Source: Octopus sinensis
Lineage: Eukaryota
Assembly (NCBI RefSeq): GCF_006345805.1
Contig: NC_043014.1
Span: 14,756,001-14,820,000, forward strand
Length of the DNA: 64,000 nt
Direction of reading: 5' to 3'
This document shows, one piece after another, positions 52,964 through 64,000 of the stretch. Each line of letters begins with the position of its first letter. The stretch's first letter is position 1. The position numbers and the translations under genes were made by a program. Under the pieces are notes generated by a model, which saw only the letters and a program-made list of their open reading frames with translations, did no database searches and had not been told where the DNA came from.

Positions 52964-54067
52964 TACAAGGTGGTATCAAAAGGTTCACAGACTAGTATAT
53001 TTGTTGGCGTAGGATGGTTTACTAATTAAATGATTTTGAGATGCTATCCTCATGGTAAACAGAAGTTTATTCAGGTGTTAGCATATTCACAGCAAGTGCA
53101 TCAGAATGTTGAAGGGGAATGAAAAGACATGGATGAGGAAATAAAAACCTACATTTGCTGTACTCACTGGAAAAATAAAATATTAATCATCAACTGACAC
53201 TGTTTAATAAAAAATAACTTATTTACCTAAGTTTGAATATCATCTCCTTTGAAATAGTTACCTTGCACAGCAATACATAGGTCCCAGTGTTCCTCCCACT
53301 TTAGGAATCCAGCCTGGAAGTTATTTTCTGTAGGAGAGTCGAGAACCTCCTGCAATTTGCTCTAGATCTTGACAGCAGTAATAAAATGGCTATCTTTGAG
53401 GTGCATTTTCGTCTTGGGGTCAAGAGAGAAGTTCACAGGTGCTAAATCTGGTGAATAGTGCAGGTGTGCGAGCGACACCATGTTGTTTTTTTGGCAAGAA
53501 ATTCATGAGTGAGGAGAACCCAATTCTCCGTGTTCCACAGATCCAGTACTTTCATCACAATGTCCTCCCTCAAATGGTTCACAACATCACAGTAGATGTC
53601 TTGACTGATGGTCTGGCCCTGGGGGGGGGGGGTGAATTCTCAATGCACAAAACCACCTTTCTGGGGGTGATGATTGTGGCATGTCTTCCAGATCGCTCAT
53701 CTTCTTCTGGGGATGTTCTTCCGCTTTCGAAGTGCCTGTGCCACTCAAAGCATTGTATTTGACCCATTGCCTCATTGCCATAACCTTGCCAAATCATGCT
53801 TAATGTCTCCGTAGCAAACTTCCCAAGTTTTACACAAAATTTCACATTGGCTCCTGGTTCTAACTTCCTGTCCATGACAAAATTGCAGACTTTTTTTTGC
53901 GATCCCAAAAACACAGATTTCACAACTTGTGAAGTAAACACAGCCATGTCACTTGGCACACTGCTTCATGAAGGTCACTGCAAGCTCTCACTGCACACAC
54001 AACTATGTGCTGCTATATGTTGGTGTGCTACAGAACTAGTTCAGGTACTTTTTGATACCATCTCGTA
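52964..54067 (-). mobile_element. Internally deleted mariner transposon with ~33-bp TIRs and TA ends
   Basis: TIRs TACAAGGTGGTATCAAAAGGTTCACAGACTAGT and TACGAGATGGTATCAAAAAGTACCTGAACTAGT. Transposase remnants ANVKFCVKLGKFATET...FEWHRHFESGRTSPEEDERSGR and DLAPVNF...WDLCIAVQGNYFKGD. Confidence 0.9.
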
Positions 54068-55886
54068 TTTGACAGCTCACACCATTTGAGCGTGATCATT
54101 ACCTGTGTTACCCTCTGACATTTGTGCTGGTGGCACGTGAACAAAACATTTGAGCAAGGTCGTTGCCAGTGCCGCTGGACTGACTCCTATGCAGGTGGCA
54201 CATAAAAAAAAACACCATTTGAGCGTGGCTGTTGCCAGTACCACCTGACTGGCCCTCATGCCAGTGGCACGTAACAGTACCCACTACACTCTCAGAGTGG
54301 TTGACGTTAGGAAGGGCATCCAGCTGTAGAAACTCTGCCAGATCAGATTGGAGTCTGGTGTAGCCATCTGGTTCACCAGACCTCAGTCAAATCGTCCAAC
54401 CCATGGCAGCATGGAAAGCGGACATTAAACGATGATGAGATGATGATGACCACCTTTTGATTATGTCATTCATGAAAAAAATAACTCAACAGGCAATGTG
54501 GGAGCTGTTCTACAAAGCACATCATTCCAAATGACAACTCGAGTCATATGTAAGTGATCCTTTTTGCTTCAATTTCTTCACACCAATGGGGTATAGTGGC
54601 ACCAATGCAATGCCTCATTCTGATTTACATACTTTCATATGATACTCAATAGGATTCCTACCTTAAAATTCCAAAACTTTAACCCTTTTGTTGAAGAACA
54701 ATGTCTTTCAATTAATTTTTTAAATAATTAAGAATTTAGTAAAATAACCCTGTTGTAACAAAGCAACTGTTTGGAACATAAATTAACAAATTAATAGGCG
54801 CAGCAGTTGCTGTGTGGTAAGTAGCTTGCTTACCAACTACATGGTTCCGGGTTCAGTCCCACTGCGTGGCACCTTGGGCAAGTGTCTTCTACAATAGCCT
54901 CGGGCCGACCAAAGTCTTGTGAGTGAATTTAGTAGATAGAAACTGAAAGAAGCCCATCGTATATATATGTATGTGTGTGTATATATTTGTGTGTCTGTGT
55001 TTGCCCCCCCCCCCCCAACATCAGTTGACAACCGATGCTGGTGTGTTTATGTCCCCATAACTTAGCGGTTCGGCAAAAGAGACCGATAGAATAAGTACTA
55101 GGCTTACAAAGAATAAGTCCTGGGGTTGATTTGCTCGACTAAAGGTGGTGCTCCAGCATGGCCACAGTCAAATGACTGAAACAAGTAAAAGAGGAAGTCT
55201 TAATAGTAAACTTTAATTCATTATCATCTAAACCCATTAACATTTAAATGGGCCATATCTGGCCTCTCACACCTATCCTACACTGCCATTCTAAAAATTA
55301 GCAATTGCATCATCAAAAGCTCAAAGCTATGAGACAGTGTGTAATTAATTCAAAAGAACGTGTTTTCTTAGTGATCCTTCTTGCACCCACTCTATTTTGT
55401 AACATATAGCAAAGAACTTGTTGTTGATAACATTAAATTAAGGCCCCATCTGAAATAATAAAGGGTTAAAACAGGAAGTTTGTGCTATAAAACTAAGAGC
55501 AGTCTCAGGCAAGTTGGTATGAAATGGGTTAACAAAACTAGTAGTTCAAATCAAGAAAATACAGTAATGTGTAGACTTAGGAAAAAGTAGCATTATTTCT
55601 ATGTTACTTTTGCTACATGAAATTAGTACCCTTTACTTAAAACCCATTATAGTAACTTGCTCTTTATATTAAAAATGCAAAACCGTACTCCCTTAATTTT
55701 TATCATAGACAGCATCACATAGACTCAATGAAATTACCATAGAATTCTATTTTCCAGTGTTAACACTTGTAAATTTTTTATTTCTTTACTGCCCACAAGG
55801 GGCTACACACAGAGGGGACGAATAAGGACAGACAAACAGATTAAATTGATTATATCAACCCCAATGCGTAACTGGTACTTATTTAA

Positions 55887-56107
55887 CCCTTTTGTTACTG
55901 TATTTATTTTGAGATGCTCTGTGTTTCTTTTAATTAATTTGAAATATAATAAAGAATTTAATAAAATAACTTAGTTATCATTCAGCTAGTTTTAGGAACA
56001 TAAATTGTGTCTAAGCTTTGGTGGAAGATTTTAATTCAAAACTTTTGAAAACAAGACATTTGTATTTAGAGCCAGAGCTGGTTTCAGCCGGGTTGGTAAT
56101 GAAAGGG
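55887..56107. mobile_element. 221-bp piggyBac-type MITE with TTAA duplication, inserted into a family-B SINE
   Basis: TTAA at 55883-55886 and 56108-56111; CCCTTT...AAAGGG termini. Removal restores the SINE. Confidence 0.9.
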
Positions 56108-56850
56108 TTAATCTACCCTGAAAGGACGAAGGGCAAAGTCAACCTTGGCGGAATTTGAACTCAGAACGTAGCAGCAGACGAAAAACCACTAAGTATTTCT
56201 CACAGAGTGCTAACATTTCTGCCAGCTCGCAACCTTAAATTTCTGCAAATTGTAAATTTGTGACTGTTTTCTTAGTCATCCTTCCAGCACCTACTCTATT
56301 TTTGGTAACTTATAGCAGAGCGACCCATTGCTGATGACATTAAATTAAGGCCCCCATCAAACATACACTGGGGAATATTCCCCCTTAATTGTTAGAAAAA
56401 AAAAAAAAAAGAAGAATGAAACAAATTCAAGTCATACATTGACTGTTAACATTGTGCTTTGATGAGGTTGTTTTTATTATTTCTTTCTCTATGCCATATT
56501 TTACTCCAGCATCTTAATACTCCACAGAATTCATATTATTAAATCATTTATATGTTTATATTATGATGTATTAGTAGTCATTTTTTAATGTATTTTATGA
56601 GTTTTTATGTGCTACATGTTTTTATATATTTTATGTTTTTATGCATTAATGTGGGAAAAAGAAAAAACTGAATATAACGCAATACATAATCCATAACCAA
56701 ACACACACACAGCAAACCGTTTTATTGCTGCTGGAAATTCCTCGTAATTAGGTTCTACGTGGAGTGTGAAAGAAAATATAGTTTTAGAAAAACGAATACA
56801 TGATATATTCAGTGACGTTCTGAGAAAAAAAAACAAAAACAAAAATGATA

Positions 56851-56890
<40 letters not shown>

Positions 56891-57631
56891 CTCATAAGCA
56901 GATATTAAAAATGACAAATAAATAATATCATTTTTATGTTTGAGTGTTATGCGAATGAGTGTTGTTTGTCACCAGTGATGGAGCAGGTGTATTTTACTTG
57001 ATAGACTAATAATGAGGTAGTTAATATGTAGGGAAAAAGATAGATAGAGAGAGAGAAAGGGGGGCAGAGAGCAAGAGGGGGAGGTGTTTTGTACCTTATT
57101 TTCTTTGTGTGATCTCGCACGGTGCACTTTAATGTAGTCTAATTTTCTTATATAAATTGTGACTGTCTTTAGTACACTTGTGTTAATGACATGTCACCCA
57201 CCCACATATAAGTGTACATATATATATATATATATGTATGCATATATGTGTGTATATATATGTGTGTGTGTGTGTGTAAATAATTAAGAGAAATAACCCC
57301 TATTAAGTAATTCAATAGTGAAGGACATTATCTATATTATATAGAAAAAACTTTAAATATACTATAATATGATTTTTAGAATAATATTTATAATAGTATA
57401 TCGAAATTTTTTTTCTATATAATATAGATAATGTCTTTCACTATTGAATTGCTTATTAGAGGTTATTTCTCTTAATTATATACATATATTATATATTGTG
57501 AAATTTGATTTGGAATTGCTAAATTGAATTTTTCCCTTTAAGTTTGGAATTATATTCCCTACAATTATTATTAATAATAGATCGTTAGCCACTACACACA
57601 TTTTTTTTCTCTCCTTGTTTTTTCTGTGTAC

Positions 57632-57667
57632 CTTTCTGTAGAAGAGCGTAGGCTCGAAACGTAAAAG
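57632..57667 (+). ncRNA. Hammerhead-like motif with a non-canonical core (CTGTAGA, A6>U)
   Basis: CTTT-CTGTAGA-A-GAGC-GTAG-GCTC-GAAA-CGTA-AAAG. Confidence 0.45.
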
Positions 57668-58488
57668 ACTTTTTCTATTCCTGAGCGTTATACAAATACA
57701 TCTGTTTGTTTTGTACACCACCTGTCTTCCTCTTTTGTTTTTTTCATAAACTTTCCCTATATATATATATATTTTCCTTTTTTTTTTTGCCCTTTTCAAG
57801 CCTAGCCAGGCTCATGGTCCCGGTTTCCCGGTTCCTGTGGCGTATGTGTCCCCCCCCCCCAGCTGGGCGGGATGCCAGTCCATTGCAGCGTTACTCAAGA
57901 AACAGGAAGAGAGAGTGAGAGAAAGTGGGGCGAAAGAGTACAACAGGGGTCACCACCACCCCTGCTCGAGCCTCGTAGAACTTTTAAATGTTTTCGCTCA
58001 ATAAACACACACAACGCCCGATCTGGGAATCGAAACCGCGATCCTCCGATCGCAAGTCCGCTGCCCTAACCACTGGGCCATTACATCTCCACACACATAT
58101 ATATATGTGTGTGGGAAAAGGTTGAGTTCTATTTCATCCTTTACTTTGGAGGGTTCCAAAGGTCGATTTCTAATAAAGATTTTCATATTTCGTTGGTAGC
58201 TTATTGGTGTAAGATTTTTGGGAATATGAAATTATTACATGAATATGGTATGTGATAAGAATTTATGGAAAGGTATCCCATAGAAACTCAACAAACTGTT
58301 AATGATGGAGAAGAGAAGATGTTGAAATTTTAAAAAAGAATTTTTAATACATGCATATGATCGTTTCGAACAGCAATATTACCATGTAAATACATGGTAG
58401 AATAATTAGAAATTAATTAAATTAAATCTAATTAATTACATATTACTGTTCTTTTCAGTGCAAAAAAGAATACATCAAAAAATTATTA

Positions 58489-58519
<31 letters not shown>

Positions 58520-58958
58520 ATTTAAAAGTGAGAGAGCAGTTCATACCATCAAAGTGACACTGGGGTAAAATATACGAAGCCCAATATACCCATCATGACT
58601 ACCCATCTGATAAGGGTACGCCAGGCACATGCATCACAACCATATGTGCGCGACATGATGATCTCATATCAAGATAAACAGCACATGACCTTGCAGGTGG
58701 GGCCCAGTTAGAATTTTCTTCAGGTTGAGTAGCCCATCCCACTCAAAAGGTCCCTGAATAAGGGTTGTTTAAGGATGTTGAAAGAACCACCCATGTTTCC
58801 TGAGGTGAATTATTCAAACCCCAAAGAATCCCTCTCAACACATGGCTATGATGCTCCCCCACTACTTCTGCTCGTGATCAGAGATGCACATATCGTCAGC
58901 CACTAAGGGACATGCTCAACTTCTTAAGGTCAAACAACTGACAAGCAAATCTGTGGTA

Positions 58959-58998
<40 letters not shown>

Positions 58999-60715
58999 GA
59001 AGAGTTGATGGAGGAAATAGCAAATAACATATTCAGATAAACATATTTTATCCTTATGAATGATCAAGAGCATATCAAAATAAAAGTGTTGTTGAGACTA
59101 GTTGTGACAAAACTAAAACTGATACACCTAACAGTTATTTGAAAATATAAGTGAAAGAAACATTTCCTCTATATAAAAATAAGTAGTTATGTAATATACA
59201 CTCAAAATAAAGCATTTATCATAGGCAGTAAGATAGAGATGTCCAATGGGATATCATAGTTATATTTGAATTAGGATATGACTTGACAGTTATAAGTGAA
59301 ATAAAAGTAATATAAGGTATGGTGTATATTTAAAGAAGTTATTTTTAAGGATAAAGAAATTTTTTGTGCGAGAATAAAAAATAAAAAAATAGTTAATATA
59401 GTTTTTATTAGGCTACTTGAATGCAAAATGGAAAAATTTTTTTAGTGTAAAAATTTATATTCATTTGTGTGAATTAAATATAAGATAAAGAGATAAAAAT
59501 AGAAGTATAGATGTTAATATTACAGAATTAAAATAGTAAATACTTGCTGTGGCTAAAAATATTGAAAAAAAACCGTTCCAGGAAAATGAAAGGCATTATA
59601 CACACACACACACACACACACACATATGCACATTAATATCAAGCAGTAAAGATGAGTACTCAACACCTCATTGGTAGAAAAATATTCTTTATTTGTGGAT
59701 TAACAAGGTCACCACTGGTTTCAGGCAGAGAGAAATCTCTCAACAATTATCAAGCCAGTCATATGGAACATTGGTATTCGCCTCCTTTTTGGATGAGAAT
59801 ATTCATCTCATCCAAGACAGATATGAGTAGCAATGTTCCCATGTGACAGGCTTGATAATTGCTGAGATTTCTCTTAGCATGAAACCGATGGTGGCCTTGT
59901 TAAAACACAAACAAAGAGCATGTATATATATCAATTAAAAGCAATGATACAGTATTTTGTTTTGCAATTATCATATACTGTTCTTTTACTCTTTTATTCT
60001 TTTACTTGTTTCAGTCACTTAACTGCAACCATGCTGGAGCACTGCCTTAAAGGGTTTTAGTCGAAGAAATCAACCCTAGGACTTGTTCTTTGTAAGTCTA
60101 GCATGTCTAATACTTATTCTATCAGTTCTCTTTTGCTAAACCACTAAGTTACGAGGAAATAAACACACCAGCATCAGCTGTGAAGCAATGGCAGAGAGAC
60201 AAATGCAGACACACACACACACATATATATATAGATATATGTACACATACACAACAAGCTTCTTTCAATTTCCATCACTCACAAGGCTTTGGTTGGCCTG
60301 ATGCTATAGAAGACACTTGGCCAAGGTGCCATGCAGTGGGACTGAACCTAGAACCATATGGTTGGAAAGCAAACTTCTTACCACACAGCCACGCCTACTA
60401 CTACGTATATCAATGGTTTACAAGTTAATATTGTGCTTTTTGTGTTAGTAGTACAAAGTTCTCATTCCTAAGTTTATCTCTACAGATTTTCCACTGAATT
60501 CAAAGCCAGTATTAAAAGTTACAACATTACGTACATGTCTACCTTGTATCGTATTGTTCACATACACATATTCATATATGGATCATCATAACTTTCAGTG
60601 ATGGCTCTGGATTCTATAGAATACCTGTAGAAATTAACTTAAAAATGAGAACAGACACACACACACACATATATATATCTGTAAATGTAATATGTGACAA
60701 TTATTCGGTAGCCAT

Positions 60716-60776
60716 GATAAAACTCCGAGTTTCGGATGCCGAGGTGGAAATCCCCACTGCCATCTCTTCAGTTATC
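60716..60776 (-). ncRNA. Type I hammerhead ribozyme motif (different family)
   Basis: Minus strand: GATAA-CTGAAGA-GATG..hairpin..CATC(C)-GAAA-CT-CGG-AG-TT-TTATC. Stem I is a perfect 5 bp, stem III is 3 bp, and the cleavage triplet is GTT. Confidence 0.78.
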
Positions 60777-61155
60777 CGGCCATCACAAAAGTGCTATGGA
60801 AAATGACTATTATACAAAGGGAAATTACTGTGTGATTGACCGTTATTAAGTCAAAAGAGCTATTCAAATGACCGCTAAGTAAGGGGAGGGAGTAATATAT
60901 ATATACATATCCTTTATTCTTTTACTTGTTTCAATCATTTGACTCTAGCCATGCTGGAGTACATCCTTGAAGGGTTTTAGTCGAACAAATCGACCCCAGG
61001 ACTTATTTTTAAAGCTTAGTACTTATTCTATTGGACTCTTTTGCTGAACCACTAAAATTACAGGGATGTAAACACACCAACACTGGTTGTCAAGTGGTGA
61101 TGATTGGCAAACACAGACACAAACATACACACACTCACACATATACATATATATA

Positions 61156-61360
61156 TATGAGGTGGTATCAAAAAGTTACCAGACTACTCCTGTAGATGGC
61201 AGCACAGAGTTGCATACACAGTGACATCTAGTGGTAACCTTCACGAGGCAGTGTGTTGAGGGACATCACTGTGTTTACTTCGCAGGTTGTAAAATTTGTA
61301 TTTTTGTGATCACATGTATGCTGTAGTCTGCGATTTTGTCATGGACAGAAACAAAGAGCC
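61156..61360 (+). mobile_element. 5' end of the same mariner family
   Basis: TATGAGGTGGTATCAAAAAGTTACCAGACT... aligns with the reverse complement of 53875-54067. Confidence 0.75.
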
Positions 61361-62009
61361 TTTTTTGCAGCCTACCCTTGTCTATTTCCAAGCAATGTAA
61401 CATCTCTTACTCCATGGCTGGACATGCTATCGTGCAAGTTTAGAAATGAAGGACACATTCTGTATGACACAGGTTTACGATATGTCAAGACAAAGTGATA
61501 CAGACACATACAAATATGAAAAGTCGGGATTACAAAAGAGGCTTTGAAGCTCCAATAGAGCAATAGGGTGATACTCAAGCACTCAGCTGTGAGTGCTTTG
61601 CATCTTATAGCAGAAACAGCTGGAAGCTATTGCAGTTCATAACATAATTGTTTATTCCTTTGTTATCCCAATTTCTTATTATTACCCTGTTTTGATACAT
61701 GTATATTGAATTCTAACACCAATTTATTAATATTGCAATGCCTAAATGAAATATATATATATATATCAAAATAAGCTAGAAGGATATCCAGAGGATATCC
61801 TAGTTGCTTATTTTGATTTTAATCACAATTAATCACCTTATTTTGAAATTGTATGGATAATACCGTACTAAATTCTGGTGCCTCAACTTAAGTACCATAT
61901 TCATCTGAATCAAAATTTATATTACATATATATATATGCTTGAATATTTTTATTAATGTTTAGCAGAAGTAACAGTGTGATCCAAGTTCTAAGTGTTTCA
62001 TGCATTGGC

Positions 62010-62046
<37 letters not shown>

Positions 62047-62048
<2 letters not shown>

Positions 62049-62243
62049 ATTGCAGGTGGCACGTAAAAAGCACCCACTACACTCACGGAGTGGTTGGCGT
62101 TAGAAAGGGCATCCAGCTGTAGAAACATTGCCAGATAAGACTGGAGTCTGGTGCAGCCTTCTGGCTTCCCAGATCCCCGGTCGAACCGTCCAACCCATGC
62201 TAGCATGGAGAGCGGACGTTAAACGATGATGATGATGATGATA
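62047..62243 (+). mobile_element. Short (GAT)n-tailed retroelement 3' end inside (TA)n; similar copies at ~3930, 8594(-), 15445, 23090, 29970, 45050, 46440, 48190(-), 49380, 54070
   Basis: GCACCCACTACACTC..GGAGTGGTTGGCGTTAG.AAGGGCATCCAGCTGTAGAAAC...CCATGCTAGCATGGA.AGCGGACGTTAAACGATGATGAT. Confidence 0.85.
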
Positions 62244-63480
62244 TATATATGCACCCTGGTGTTACCTGGGTGCTGAGACTTACAGCCACATTGTATTATT
62301 TGTTTCTTTCTTATGGGCAGAATCACCACACGATGAGTATGAAGCAAACAACTCTTCTTTATAAACATGTTTTTCACTCATTTTCTGAGAAACAACACTG
62401 CAGTTTCCACAACCAAACTCAGTCACTATTCTGTGGTTGACCTAGGGTTATAGTAGAAAACATTTGCCCAAGGTACCATGCAGAGGACAGTCATTCTTGC
62501 ACCTAATATGTGTGTGTGTGTGTGTTTACATTTCTTGTTAAATTGAGTATTGTGTCTGACAAAGATGCCTCCCTTAACTAAAGACCTCAAGATTGTGCAA
62601 CCTGACCTCATTTTCAAGGTTATTTTTGTAGTAAAAAAGAGTTATTGTGCAAAAAACATACTTTATTTGGTAGCCGAAAGATTACTGAATCTTTTGATAC
62701 CTCATACATCAAAATCAGCAACTCAGTCTTTGAATCCATAAGGAACATATGCACACACACATACACACACACACAAACTGTTTTATATATTAAATTAAGA
62801 TATGTATGTATAAGTATATATACATGTACATATATAATATATATACATATAGATATAAATAATACACATACATAAATATATATATATTTATATGTATGCA
62901 TGTATATAGGTATGCATATGTGTGTGTGTGTGTGTGTGTGTGTACGTGTGTGTGCAAGTTATATATATATATATATACAGACCTTCTGCCTAGAGTAGAA
63001 AAGAATATATATATGCTTATATGTATGTGTGTGTATGTGTATATGTGTGTTTGTATGCATATATATATATATAAATGTGAAACTGGCTTTTACATATAGA
63101 TGCACATATACAGACTTATGAATGCATATATATGTGTGTGTGCGTATGTGTAGAGAGCAAGAAAATGAGAAAGATTTAATTATCCACATCTTCATATATA
63201 ACACACAAACACAAGCACAAATGCCATATAAAAACAGACTACAGACAACAACCGAAAGAAAAAAACAGAAAAACCACGACAGCTACAGGATAAATATGAT
63301 TGCAGAAAAGTGAAGAAATTATTGGAGGTTCCGCAGAGATTAAGACAGAAATATCAACCAGCTGATACACATATTTATAGTCACATGTTTGTGTGAGAGA
63401 AACAGGTGATCTGGTAGAGTTTCCTATCTACAGATGATGCTTTGAAGTCTTTACTCAAATTTACTCTGAATGAAACATTA

Positions 63481-64000
63481 CTGGATGGGGTGTGTAGCTC
63501 AGAGATCAGGGTGTCTCTCTAGGCTGTGTCACTTCTCTGCATTGGTACTGGACAGGGTGTGTAGCTCAGAGATCAGGATGTCTCTCTAGGTCGTGTCACG
63601 TCTCTGCATTGGTACTGGACAGGGTGTGTATCTCAGAGATCAGGGTGTCTCTCTAGGTTGTGTCACTTCTCTGCATTGGTACTGGACAGGGTGTGTAGCT
63701 CAGAGATCAGGGTGTCTCTCTAGGTTGTGTCACTTCTCTGCATTGGTACTGGACAGGGTGTGTATCTCAGAGATCAGGGTGTCTCTCTAGGTTGTGTCAC
63801 TTCTCTGCATTGGTACTGGACAGGGTGTGTAGCTCAGAGATCAGGGTGTCTCTCTAGGCTGTGTCACTTCTCTGCAGTGGTACTGGACAGGGTGTGTAGC
63901 TCAGAGATCAGGGTGTCTCTCTAGGCTGTGTCACTTCTCTGCATTGGTACTAGACAGGGTGTGTAGCTCAGAGATCAGGGTGTCTCTCTAGGTTGTGTCA
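63481..64000. repeat. 67-bp tandem repeat, ~7.8 copies, open at the window end
   Basis: Unit starts at 63481, 63548, 63615 and so on; copies are near-identical. Confidence 0.95.

Noticed and set aside
58995-59560. AT-rich stretch resembling a mitochondrial insertion
   Set aside because: No sustained frame under the invertebrate mitochondrial code and no recognisable mitochondrial gene.
63433-63490. Possible + strand exon (CAG/ATGATGCTTTGAAG...GATGGG/GT; DALKSLLKFTLNETLLDG)
   Set aside because: Under 60 nt, the opposite strand is equally open, and the donor falls inside the tandem repeat.
45779-64000. Expected preceding DYNC2H1 exon (ending ...HPW...RLEE) and, below 8227, the following exon (...TWDNP...)
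   Set aside because: Not found by eye on the minus strand; probably outside the window, though a diverged exon could have been missed.

Overview
Repeat-dense, AT-rich animal genomic DNA. The SINE/MITE families and long (TA)n arrays look like an octopus (coleoid cephalopod); this is recognition from memory, not a search. The only supported protein gene is a minus-strand segment of cytoplasmic dynein-2 heavy chain (DYNC2H1). It has six GT-AG exons (45486-45734, 33817-33890, 15195-15351, 12843-13018, 11877-12066, 8227-8335; 955 nt) that splice in frame into 318 aa of the N-terminal tail. The rest of the window is presumably intron, filled with tRNA-derived SINEs, RTE/CR1-type LINE ends, mariner, Tc1/maT and piggyBac remnants, 221-bp TTAA MITEs, nested tandem arrays and microsatellites. 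The most notable unexplained structure is a set of hammerhead-ribozyme (HHR) motifs from several different repeat families, mostly embedded in (TA)n and in inverted-repeat structures typical of Penelope-like element ends. Well-formed type I HHRs lie at 33043-33135 (+) and 60716-60776 (-). A mirrored copy lies at 32305-32403 (-), and there are degenerate or minimal ones at 22215, 31421, 37377 and 57632. Two of them are on the DYNC2H1 pre-mRNA strand. All folding was done by eye, and ribozyme activity is untested.
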